Source of the DNA: Oopsacas minuta
Lineage: Eukaryota > Animalia > Porifera
Reading direction: 5' to 3'
DNA: 64,000 nt
Assembly: GCA_024704765.1 (NCBI GenBank)
Contig: JAKMXF010000296.1
Coordinates: 203,309 to 267,308, forward strand
Shown here piece by piece: positions 41,560 to 53,174 of this stretch (position 1 is its first letter; every line of letters begins with the position of its first letter). Under the pieces are notes generated by a model. It did no database searches. It worked only from the letters and a program-made list of their open reading frames with translations, and was not told where the DNA came from. A program made the translations under genes and the position numbers.

Positions 41560-42277
41560 TATAGTAGGGTACTGCTGGAAAGTGTTCCTAATAAGGAGGT
41601 GTTCCTTGTTAAGAGGTTTGCCTTTTAGGGCCTATCATAAATTTTATGAGGTGAATGAATGTTTGTTTGTAAACATGTGCTTTCTCTTGGAGGATAGCAC
41701 CTGACACTGGGATGTTCGGGGATCGGGCTGCAACGAACGACATTGACACTTGATGGCAGTAGTTCTCGACCGATGTCTCAAGATCTAGTTTTGTTTAACC
41801 ACGCGGTTAACAACTCCAAGGGAAACGCCAAACTGAGTAGCAAAAGCCGCTGACTACTTTTTGTACCTTCTTTCAATATCTCAAACTTCTGTGAAAAGGT
41901 TAGATTCTTTAAGGATATTGTTGAAGACATTGTGATGATTTGTTTTGAGATAGACAGACCAAAGATTTGAATAAAATGTCAGCTTCACATACAGTGGTAT
42001 GGGTATGTTAACAAAACAATAGAAAATGACTTCTTTATCATATAAACAATTGTCATTTCAATAATCAATCGTGAAAAGAACAAAAACGTCGATCACACTG
42101 ATCACGCAAACTGTGAACAAAATACAGCCCATTGGCTGTTATGTTGATCCCTACGAATTCTGATAAACACTTAGGTTCTTTAATGGTAGGTCAATATGAA
42201 TGGGTAAGTGATATTTGGAACATAAAAGAGTGTTCCTGTCCCCTAAGCGGAGGTGTTCCCTCATGGAGGTTTTACTG
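41560..42277 (-). mobile_element. Internally deleted Tigger/pogo element (5' end and HTH-psq start)
   Basis: Terminus rc TA-CAGTAAAACCTCCATGAGGGAACACCTCC at 42277. ATG 41930 gives MSSTISLKNLTFSQKFEILKE then SQRLLATQFGVSLGVVNRVVK. The GGAACACCTCC motif recurs near 41600. Confidence 0.65.
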
Positions 42278-42939
42278 TATTGCATATATTAATCTGAAAA
42301 TTGCATTCTGAAAATTTTATTGTATCTTCTACAAATCTTTACACTTTTTCAGTAATTCTTTTAATTCTCATGCTACTTTGTATAGGCCACATTTTATGAA
42401 AATAATATTCGCAACTTATAGCACAATGTTTTAAACCATAGTATTATTTTGTATATTTGTTAAAATTGTATTGATTGAATAAGAGAAGCCTACTATATAA
42501 TTATCAATTGATTGAATTGTAATTTGCCTGTTTTAGGCTTATGTTCAGATTATACTTAGTGAATGATACTAATTCTTTGGGATTTCAAACAATCGAACCC
42601 AGTAAATTCACTTTGGAACATACGTGTAATTGCTTGCTAAAGTAGCAGGTAAAAGAATGTTTCTAAGAAATTGGCTTGTTCCAGTTAAGCTAGGTGAATC
42701 ATGATGTGAGATCAGAATTTGTGGAAGGAGATGAAGTATTTGCACCCAATATACGTAGGGTATTTCTAGGATTGTTTGGAAGAGGGGGCAAATTGAAAGA
42801 TAACAAGTATGAAGGCGGCCATGCTTATGCGGTTTCAGATGAAATAGGAAACCTAATATTTGAAACCATCGGATGATAAGTTAAATGAGATTATTGAAAT
42901 ATGGAACAGAAAACAAAGGCGAATTATCGTATAAATCAA

Positions 42940-43902
42940 CAGGGGTATTCAATGTATACTAATTACTGTATATTTTAAATGAAATAGCAGTTCTAAGCTA
43001 GTATTTCTCAGTGCAATTATATAGAACCATATTTCAACTTTCTAACAAAACTTAGAGAGAGTTGATCACTAAATTATTTCCCAAATTTCAGTTATTTTTA
43101 GAAACCTACATTTTCTCCTTTGCACTTTTCATGGCTTCTTGTCCAAATTTTCGGAACTTGAACAACGAACATGCATCAAATTTCGCACCATTCTCGAAAT
43201 CCCTCCAAAGTCTATTCATGACGAGTTGGCAACGATATGTGGAGAAGATACTTTACCGTATTCAACTGTCAGAAGATGGGTGAGCCTATTAAGAGAAGGT
43301 AGGACCTCTGTCCAAGACGCTCTTCGTCCTAGAGCACCAAAACTGGCGACCAACAATGACAAATTGAGTGAAGTAAAGGAATATGTGAGTCTTTTCGCAT
43401 TCTTCGGTTGAGGAGGTAGCTAACTATGTTGGCATTTCAGCGGGAAGTGCACACACAAATCTGAAGGCGGATTTAGAACTGAGGAAGGTCCAAGTCCGAT
43501 GGGTATCACATTGCTTAACTTTCCCACAAAAGGCCGCGAGACTCCGCATAAATCTTTGGCTGTAAGGCAAAAAATTAAAGATATGTGTATGCACGAAGTC
43601 CTACATCCACCCTACTCCCCTGATATAACCCCATGTGACTTCTGGCTGTTTAGAAAACTCAAAGATAACCTCTTCGGACGCGGATTTAAGGATCAGCTTA
43701 GCCTTGATTGGGCAATTTACAGATACCTTGAAGTCATACCCAAGGAAGAGTACAGGAAAACTTTGAAAATTGGATTAAAAAGGCTAAATTCAGTTGTAGC
43801 GTATAAAGGAGACTACTTTGAACATTCATAGCAAAATCACCAACTTTGCACAGGTATTTATAGATTTAGTATGGTATGATTAGTATTTATTGAATGCCCC
43901 TG
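42940..43902 (+). mobile_element. mariner element with a central deletion
   Basis: TIRs CAGGGGTATTCAATGTATACTAAT / rc CAGGGGCATTCAATAAATACTAAT. ELEQRTCIKFR..YSTVRRW and HPPYSPDITPCDFWLF are present; the first two Asp regions are missing. Confidence 0.9.
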
Positions 43903-44999
43903 TAATTATTAAACTATCACATTTGTTAAAATCATTTTTTCAAAATTCTTAATTAAACACTAATTAAACAATTGTGGAATTCCATATGAATAATATCCCA
44001 GAGTACAAAAACCGAAAGGGGGACAATTGCCCTGCCCTAGAAAAAAACCTGCAATATACAGAAAACCAAGCAACCCCCAGCAACACCCAGCAACAAAAGG
44101 TGGAAATAAATATATAGGACCATATACAATAGAGAACGTAAACCAAGTCACCTAGTTGCTCGCAAAGACCAAATAGGAAAACAACAAATTACCTATCCAT
44201 CTATAACAAATTATCATTCACGCACAAAAAGAAAAAAGGCAGGTTCAAACAAAAAAGGCAACTCAAAGAGCCCAATAGATCTTGCAACTTCTCTTCTGAC
44301 GGTAGTGAGACAATATTGTACCGAACATATTGACTCATCCCATGATCACATATGTAAAATTAGTATGTTCTGTATTGATACGATTAGTAATAATAATCCT
44401 ACATTTCACATATTTAGATTCTTTGGATGTTATATTAAATCCGGATACTATGGAAGTTATAATTGAATATAATAATAACAATCATCATTAAAATATCTAC
44501 TCTAAGCTAGTTCAATTGAACCTTTAAGATTAAGGAAACTCGCTGTATCAGCCGGTAATTGGTACGCAGAATATCATTCCTCCAATGCAACTCAAATACG
44601 GGAAGAGAGACTAAGAGATCGTGATTATCCAATCGCTGTTCTATTAGCAGTAATAATTAAGATAATATTCTCACTTCGAATAAAACATAATGACCTTCTG
44701 TAGTGTCCCTAGAGCTGAAAAGCAGGTTATGGTTAGTAATCATGACACTTCGTGCCCCGGTATAAAGAGTTTGGCAATATTTTCGAAATGTGCTAATTGG
44801 GATGTATTTGAAGTCATTACGAAATAATAAACTCTTGAGGAGCTTGTATTTGGGAAAATTAATCAGGCCAGGACATTTTGGATATTGAGGAGCATCTGTG
44901 ATGAAATTATCAAAGATCTATATTAGGTAAATGGATGAGTAGTTACTGATCATGTAATTTTTTGATCTCATGATCAGTACTGAATTTTTTAGTATACAG

Positions 45000-45185
45000 G
45001 ATTTTTGGCATACAGGAATACATTGGGCATGTTCGGACAAGTTCGAGTCTTGGATGAAAATTCACACCTGACGAAATTACGACGTAATTTTCAGTTTCTG
45101 GATTTTCGAAATATCATGTTATTAACCACTGCTCAGGCAATATGCTGATAGATAGATGAAAATTGAATCACTGGACCATCAATAT
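45000..45185 (-). repeat. Partial family H copy
   Basis: Reverse complement aligns with 40620-40800. Confidence 0.55.
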
Positions 45186-45339
45186 GCCACACGTTATTAG
45201 GTAATCACTTTCACCAATTGTCAGCTCATCATGGAATTATTATGTCATCATGACTATACAAAAATCGAATTTTGTAATTTTAGAGGCATATATTTTACCA
45301 AAGCAAATGATACTATTACTGAAATAATGAAGAGTAATA

Positions 45340-45510
45340 CAGTCGAAACTGCCTAACAAGCAAATCGTATTTTGTAAGAATGTTCCTTGCTGAAGGGAAT
45401 TTTACTTTTCCGAAATACTTAAGTGCAAATCTGCACTATATGTTAATGAAAAAAGTTGTTGATAGGCGGATTTTGCTGTTAGACGAATTGATAATAGGCG
45501 GTTTCCTCTA
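45340..45510. mobile_element. Tigger-type MITE
   Basis: TA-CAGTCGAAACTGCCTAA vs rc TA-TAGAGGAAACCGCCTAT. Confidence 0.5.
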
Positions 45511-46220
45511 TATAATGAATGATTAATATTGAATTAGTCTTGTGTGTCTAAACCGAGGAAATGTAACGACGAAATTCATAGAGTAATTATTGAACCTATC
45601 TAGAACAAGGCTTATAAGATCATTTATATGAAAGCAGATAAATTTTACACAATTTTTGGTAGAGATAATGGTCTATTTCCAATTTGACCAATATATACCA
45701 AGATTAGCCAAATTGACTAAAGTGGCCAAACATCACATACCCTGAAAATCTCAAAAGCAATAGATCCTGATTAATCTGGATGTGATCATATTCAAATATT
45801 GTTCGAAATTGTGGCAAGAGCACATCGAATTTGAGAAAATCTTATCTATAAACAAAAATTCCATGGCGTTACATATTGTGCCAGTGTCTATTTCCTGCGT
45901 TTGAAAGTTATTGATCCAGTTTTCAGATGAATTAGCTCAATTATTAGGAAAAAATATTTGTTGACAAGAAATATTAACTACCTTCAGATTTGTTTCATGA
46001 GATTTCCATCGATTTACCTCAAATATAGCTGCAATTACATATTATGCCATGTTTTTATGAAGTTGTTTAGAAAGATATATTAAATGGATTATTTCTATTT
46101 CTAAACCTAACAATGCATGATCAATTTTGGATATGCATGGCCAGATGGGCCCTGATCAAATTTTCATGACAACAGCACTCGTCCTTATTGCAAGGGTAGG
46201 CATCAGAGTGGGCAATGAAT

Positions 46221-46364
46221 CATAGGCGTAGTTAGGTGGTTGCTATGGGTTGCTGGCAACCCCAGTGAACGCTGGACAATTGGGGATACAAGTAATGAAT
46301 GTATGATTGGAGTTGCTAGCAACCCCAGGGGAAATCTAAAAATGGAATGCTAGCTAAGCCTCTG
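46221..46364. mobile_element. Possible hAT-type MITE
   Basis: CATAGGCGTAGTTAG vs rc CAGAGGCTTAGCTAG; internal TTGCT.GCAACCCCAG repeated twice. No TSD. Confidence 0.4.
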
Positions 46365-48173
46365 TCCTTAAAACGCAGAAATATCCTATATAAAGGTGGA
46401 AATTACACTAAATCTGGCGTGCCTAATTCTCAAGATGTGACTTGAGGTCAAGGCAAACTCGCAAAATTAATCATCCAAAACGGGGTAAGCGCGTTTGTAG
46501 GGAACTTTGGATAACGAAAAAAGCGATACAGGAAAGGAAGGGCGAAATAGTCTAAAGTCTAGTGGACGTTGTGGCCCTAAATCGTTATTGTTTTTGGGAA
46601 GTTAGGGTTTTGAGGATCCCTGGTTCTATGACTAAATTACTAGCGATTCCGGAAATTGGCAAAAGAATTATTTACAATTAGTTTTATGCAAAGGAATAGA
46701 CTAGTTCATTTGTATCATCAATGATGTAAAACTTTTAATCGTTGTATTTAGAATTTTCACGCTATCCAAACAACAGTTCCGACTACAATAAGAATGGCGA
46801 ACTATTCATATTGTTATCGGAAATGTTGTTTAGATATCGTGTGGTTTGCTCCTCGAGGTTGGACGGAATGATTTGTAAAAGTGTTCGATCCCTAGCTATG
46901 ACCCGTGGACAATTAAAGAAGCAAAGGTTTCGACTTTTAATTTGAAGGCCGGTATACACTCGCGAGGGAGACCTGACAACCAATTCAGTAACAAATTTGT
47001 GCCAACGAGCGACCCCAAGGTCACCTGTATTGAATCTATATGTTCAAAAGGCATTGACTTAGATTCTTCCTTGTACCCGTTGTAGCGGGGTTTCGGTTAT
47101 CTCAATGTACATATCTTTCCTGCGGGTTTATCCAGATTATCTACTGTATTAATTACAGTTTACATATTCCCTAGCTATGACCCCGTGAATAATTAAAGAG
47201 GCTATTTAACTTTTGAGTTAAGTCACTGTATGCATGGTCAAGAGAATACGTGGTTAGACATCTTGAAAGCTGTGCTAAAATCAGTACGGAACAAATTTGA
47301 ATATGCATTGACTTCTAACTAATTCCACTTTACCACGAGTGTGAGGTTGGCTGTTTATTCGAGCAGCAGTACTTCAACCATTAATTAGACTAACTTCCCA
47401 TGGTCAGAATGTAAATATCTTTGGACCATCCGAAAGAAGAGATACGGACGTTTCTAAAAATGAATTTATCTTTTCCAAACTTTTATGTTTTCTATTAGAA
47501 ATTGGTGCATCTAACCAGCAGTAGTTCACATGTGAATTTAGTATACTTAAATACAAATTATTTTATCTTGAAATCATGGGCATGTATTCCTGCTGTATGG
47601 ACGTTTATGTGTTTAGAATATTATGCTAAAATAGTTAAAACCTTTTGAGAAAATTATGTTTGAAAACTGTCTTGTTTGAGTCGAGTCTCTATTGGATTTG
47701 TATTAAGCACACAAATTTAATGAAACATTCTAATCCATTCTAACTATAGTAACGTATACAGATCACTGTAATATCTATTCTTTGATCTCAGTTGGCTCAT
47801 TATCAATTATTTAATGAATTATACAATATACGAAGTAATTTCAATTATGTCATAAAATTAAGTTTCCATAAATTCCAAAATAGATTAAATATAATCAATG
47901 TGCAAAAGTCGAGTAAAAATGAATAATCAAATTATCAGATAATATGATTTTGCGTAGGTTTGATTTATAGTGTCACGAGCTGATGTATTTAGTTGTTGTG
48001 TACCTCTCAAGTATGCAGCAGAAGCTATGAAGCTATATATGGACTCACATATATATTGTGTTAGATTATTTATCTTCACTTTACTGTCATCAAAGTCTAT
48101 TTCTATCGTTTGTCTTTTTATTGTTCATGGCTTGTATGGCGCAACATTATGCTACAAAAGATACGGTGTGTTG

Positions 48174-48567
48174 CAGAGCATTAAAGGAGCGCCCTTCCAT
48201 TTTGAAGAACGGTACCTGGAGCTCGATCCATTTATGATTCAAGAACGGAAAGTGGAGCGGCGCTCTATTTTTCAAGCAGCGCGCTCCTATGTAGTTGCAA
48301 ACAATATACAAATTTCATCATTATTCTGCATAAAATTCAGTAATCTTGCTATAAAAGTGGATGCTGTGACACCTTTGTATAATTCATAATTTATTGAAAT
48401 CGTTTGACGTTGCACAATAAATAATTCCCGTATACACAATGGTTAAATAAAATAAGGATTGCTTAATATACAAATCTCATGTACTTCTGAAGGAATGAAA
48501 GTATAGCAATTGGAGAGTGCAATCTATTTCTGAATAAGGAGCGGAGGTGGGAGCGCTTAATGCTCTG
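48174..48567. mobile_element. hAT-like MITE nested in family G
   Basis: TIR CAGAGCATTAA at both ends and multiple GGAGCG subterminal motifs. No TSD match. Confidence 0.55.
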
Positions 48568-48716
48568 CTATGGTGGTAGTACTTCCCAGCTAATACACCT
48601 ATCAATGGTTGTCCCACCTCCTCAGTTCGGGCCTACATGGAACAAAGGTGGTGGGGAAGTGACACGAAGATTTTTCAATTTTCCAGCTCCTGGGCCATTT
48701 CAAATGTCAAATACCC

Positions 48717-49255
48717 CATAGGCGCCACTCAATTTGGTCAGGGTGGCTTAAACACATGTAAACCCTAGATATTTATTTAGAGAATTTTGGTTACAATTCA
48801 TTGTGTCTACTAATAAATCTAATCTCTAATATAAATGATACTAACAAGTCTTAAAGTGCAAGAAGTTTTCTATATTTCTGGGAATTGCGAAAGTTATTTC
48901 CCTCTGCTCAATTAAATTTCTAATAGAATTTCGAACCTGAGACAAAACTTATTACAACTAGGAATAATTATCTACAAGTATAAATATAAATGCTCAAAAA
49001 AAACAACATAGGTGCTCTAGTTATATTCGATAATAGATAATACAAATAGAATTATAACCTCAATAGATAATACTAATTATAATTATAACACTTACATTTA
49101 GAAAACACATGTCTGGGGATAAATGCAAGAAGGGTATTTGACAAGTGACAACCAATATTAATCTCGCAATTAACAAATCAGAGTGGGTAAAACCCACCCT
49201 AAAAGTATCAGGGTGGGTCAAAATCCACCCGACCCAGCCTGTTTTGGCGCCCCAG
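48717..49255. mobile_element. hAT-type MITE nested in family G
   Basis: Ends CATAGGCGCCA / rc CTGGGGCGCCA; 8-bp TSD AAATACCC / AAATACCA. Confidence 0.7.
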
Positions 49256-51099
49256 AAATACCAATTCCCTCATAAATCCTCACTTATTGCCAGGACCCGA
49301 CTGGAGCGCCTAATTACCATTAGCCTATCATCTTCCAAATCCTGTCCAATTGGATCCCAACATATTTCCTCATGATTATCATGAAAAAGATGCAGATTCC
49401 AGGCAATGGACAATATCTCGATATATTGTGGCAGTTTGAATAGATAGAAAATCCTTTATTGAGAAAGAGTCGAGGCAATAACTCGCAATCAACGATTTCG
49501 TTGTACTTTGTGGAGATGGTGGACATGGAGAAAGCGATTTACACGGTATGAAATCTATTGATGGCTGAGGCGAGACTGATGGATCGATTACTCGCTCGAA
49601 TATCACACGGATATTGTGTGAATTATTTTTTCCATTTCAAATAAATAGATTTTCGTTGAGTAGGATTATTGCGTCCATGTAGTTGTTTCAAATAATGTCC
49701 CAAATAGAATGGCTAACGCTAGGGCCAACAGAAAGTGAACTCAGAACCTCTTTGTATGAGTTGAAAGTGGATTCGATAAACAAAAGTAACAGCTGAAGCT
49801 CTCGTGGAACCAAAAAGGAAACATAAAATACTATATGTGCCGTACTCACCAGAAAACTTGTCAAGAATAATCTAACTTCTGTTATAGCAATTGACTATTA
49901 CATATCTCACGCGCATTCCGATGAGACAGAAATTATAGAAATAGAAAGAAAGGTAGTTACATTTTGAAATATTAATTCCACCTGAAGTTATGAAACTATT
50001 TGGTTCCATTGAAGGATGGTCGAAACGAAGTATATTCTAAAATGTTAAGAAAATTATACAATCTTCGATATATAGAGCAGAATTTAGATAAATTTATCCT
50101 CGAATAACCGCCCCCTGATGGAACCTCGAAATATATAATCATCCCGCGTACTATTCGAGAAATACTGTATGTTGAAAATAGACAACACACCTCAGCCAAT
50201 AAGACTTGTATAAGAGTTCGGATTTGTAGATCTACAAATGAGAAGGATTTGTAGAGTCGTGAAAGATTTTGTAATGAAAGTGAAAATATAATCGAGATTG
50301 TTAATGAATAGATGAAATATAAGATAATATTTATAGTAATACGAAAGGACTATTTCAAGAGGTTTACTCTTCAGCAACAGTTTATTGTATTTCAAATGGG
50401 GAAATTTTCATATGAAAATGCATCATATTTAATGATTTTATGTTACATCTAACCATATTTGATTAATTCATTGAAATTTAGAAAATAACTCTGAATTATT
50501 AATTTCAACTCGACATATGGAACAGTGATTATATTTAATCTATTTTGGAATATATGGAAACTAAATGCCATGACATAATTGAAATTAATTCGTATATTGT
50601 ATAATTGATTGAATAATTGATAATGAGTCAACTGAGATCAAAGAATAGATATTACAGTGATCTGTATACGTTACTATAGTTAGAATGGATTAGAATGTTT
50701 CATTAAATTTGTGTGCTTAATACAAATCCAATAGAGACTCGACTCAAACAAGACAGTTTTCAAACATAATTTTCTCAAAAGGTTTTAACTATTTTAGCAT
50801 AATATTCTAAACACATAAACGTCCATACAGCAGGAATACATGCCCATGATTTCAAGATAAAATAATTTGTATTTAAGTATACTAAATTCACATGTGAACT
50901 ACTGCTGGTTAGATGCACCAATTTCTAATAGAAAACATAAAAGTTTGGAAAAGATAAATTCATTTTTAGAAACGTCCGTATCTCTTCTTTCGGATGGTCC
51001 AAAGATATTTACATTCTGACCATGGGAAGTTAGTCTAATTAATGGTTGAAGTACTGCTGCTCGAATAAACAGCCAACTTCAGATTCGTACTTTATCTTA

Positions 51100-52056
51100 T
51101 TATATTCATAATCAGCGCAAATTTCGGCATCGTTTGTGTAGTCACTTGACTATATTTGTGGAGATTATTTCCCTAGCAACGCAGGAATGTCCCAGTCAAT
51201 TCTTAAATTTCGTCCTAATCGCATCTAGTGACCACTCTTTAGAAGCCGCTAGGCTAGTTGAGTCTATTTACACACATCGCAACCTTCCATTTCGTGATTC
51301 TTGTCTATGTTCCAACTTTATATCTTGTATACGGAGTAGATAAAATATATTAGGGCAGGTATCTAAATACATCGTGGGATTTGTCATTAAAGCATGCAAA
51401 TTGGCACATTCATACATCATGATCTAGAAATAAGTTTTAGTTATGGAGCCATTCTCAAATCACCGTATATCAACCTTGCGGGCATTTTCATGTGCTACTT
51501 TTGGACATATTTTGATATTCAAAATGACCATAACTTCTATGATATATATCTAATCCCATTTAAATATCGATGTTCGTAATCAGAGCAAATTTCCACGTCC
51601 TGTAAGTGACCACTCGAGTATATTTGGGAGTATGTTTTCCTATCTTCACAGGAATGTCTCTGAAATATAACAACATTCCATTCTATAATATATCCTGACA
51701 TCTCGTTCGACGCTGCTTGGCTAGCTGAGCCCAGTTTATAGAAACCGATCTTCTAGATTATTTTTGAACTAGATTTTATGAGATTATGCCCAGCGGCCAA
51801 TGTTCTTATAAGCTCTTCAAATACTTCATATAGATACATATGATAATTTAGATGGTCGATTGGAGGAAAACTAGACTCAGCTAACCTAGCGGCGTCGCAA
51901 AAAAGAGTCACCCTATGGGGTTAGTACGAAAATTAGGGAATGGGATGTTATCACATTCAGTGAACATTCCTGCATTACTCTTACGTTGCTATGTAAAAAG
52001 TATAGTCAACTATCACTCAATCAACGCAGAAAATTCCACTGATTACGAATATCGAA
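51100..52056. repeat. Three family F arms (about 51100-51280 minus, 51556-51740 minus, 51870-52056 plus)
   Basis: Shared ACATTCCTG...GAAA.T..(G/C).CTGATTA.GAA.AT unit and GACTCA(G/A)CTA.CCTAGCGG motif. Confidence 0.55.
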
Positions 52057-52374
52057 TGACAAAATAGTTGAATTCTGTACATGTTATATTTCACGTACGA
52101 GCTCTAAGATCCCGGGATAGTAGGGATAGCAAAGAATACATGAAGCATATAGTTACACACTTTGGGTGATAAATTAGGGAGGTTACCAAAACGGTACGTC
52201 ACGTATTTAGGGCATCTACATTTTCCGAGACTGTAACGTCACGTCACTCCAGGGCCCGGAAATAATGGACGTCCCTAAATCTGTGGTGATGGATGTGAAA
52301 ATAAATATAATCTAAGCCATTCGTAAAGTGAACAGACAACTTAGCTAGAATTATAAAAAGTAAGAAATCCTCAC

Positions 52375-52843
52375 CTAGGGCCTCAAGAGATGCCTCTTTC
52401 AAATTCTCACTATGAGAATTAACAGTGATGAAACCAAGTAAAGAATTTATTAGTTCGGGCCATTGACCTTCGGGTAATTCTGCACAACCAATAGCTGCAA
52501 TAACTTGAGCAGCAGAAGAAGGACGAAATTGTTCTGTACCAAGTGTCTGCAAAATATTAGATTTAACTTGTACTCGGACATGCTCCTCGGCAGCAAGCCA
52601 CCTTTGTCGAAACTCGAATCGCAGAGATTCATCCTTTGAAGTTAGATAATTCTTTAGTTGTAAACCTGCAGCCATTCTAACTATGCCACTTTTCGTCTGA
52701 TCGACTAATTCTTTAGAAAGCTCCAGCAAGAATAGTGAAAGGTTCTTAGCAGCAGCATCTTCAAGGTATCTTTGAGCATTTTGGAGCTGATTTTTATCAT
52801 TAGAAATAGTAGCCTCAAGGATAGTGGAGAGAGAAACATCCAT
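52375..52843 (-). CDS. KPNB1: Importin subunit beta-1, first coding exon (IBN_N domain and first HEAT repeats)
   Basis: Stop-free 156 codons plus 1 nt: RMAAGLQLKNYLTSKD, QRWL, RPSSAAQVIAAIGCAELP..QWPELI..L, LKEASLEALG. Phase-1 donor CTAG|GTGAGG. The ORF-track extension past G is intronic. Later exons not located. Confidence 0.93.
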
Positions 52844-53174
52844 TAATATATTATAGACAACAATATAAGAACAATAAATAGCTAGGAAAAGTCAGATTAA
52901 ATAAGAGGCACCAAAGATAGCAATGCACAGATTTATCAAGTTAAGTTAATCACCAAAATTACTGATTAGCCACCAAAATTCATTAGGTGATGGCTAGGTT
53001 AAGCATAGAAATTTGAATTACAGTCAAATCACTTAATGGGAACACCTGTTAAGGAATAAAATAGTGAACACCCTACTATCATCTATTGAAACTTTCGAAA
53101 TGAATTATCATAATATCTTATTCACCCATGATTATTTCAAAACAAAGCTTCTTGTATTTTTAAATAAATGGCAC

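Larger units (their letters stand above)
47342..51081. mobile_element. Family G long-TIR element (about 3.7 kb), unclassified
   Basis: 47346-47794 is the exact reverse complement of 50629-51077 (449 bp, checked line by line). A further ~140 bp inward is clearly diverged. A related copy lies at 26277-27676. Confidence 0.8.

Noticed and set aside
42690-42876. FVEGDEVFAPN string resembling the post-integrase region of Gypsy pol
   Set aside because: Too short, with no integrase core or LTR nearby.
47970-48389. 139-aa ORF
   Set aside because: Spans a MITE junction and AT-rich flank; most likely spurious.
52244-52374. C-terminal 43 aa of the 199-aa importin ORF
   Set aside because: Lies past the GT donor, is non-homologous, and runs into a small MITE-like palindrome near 52205-52280.
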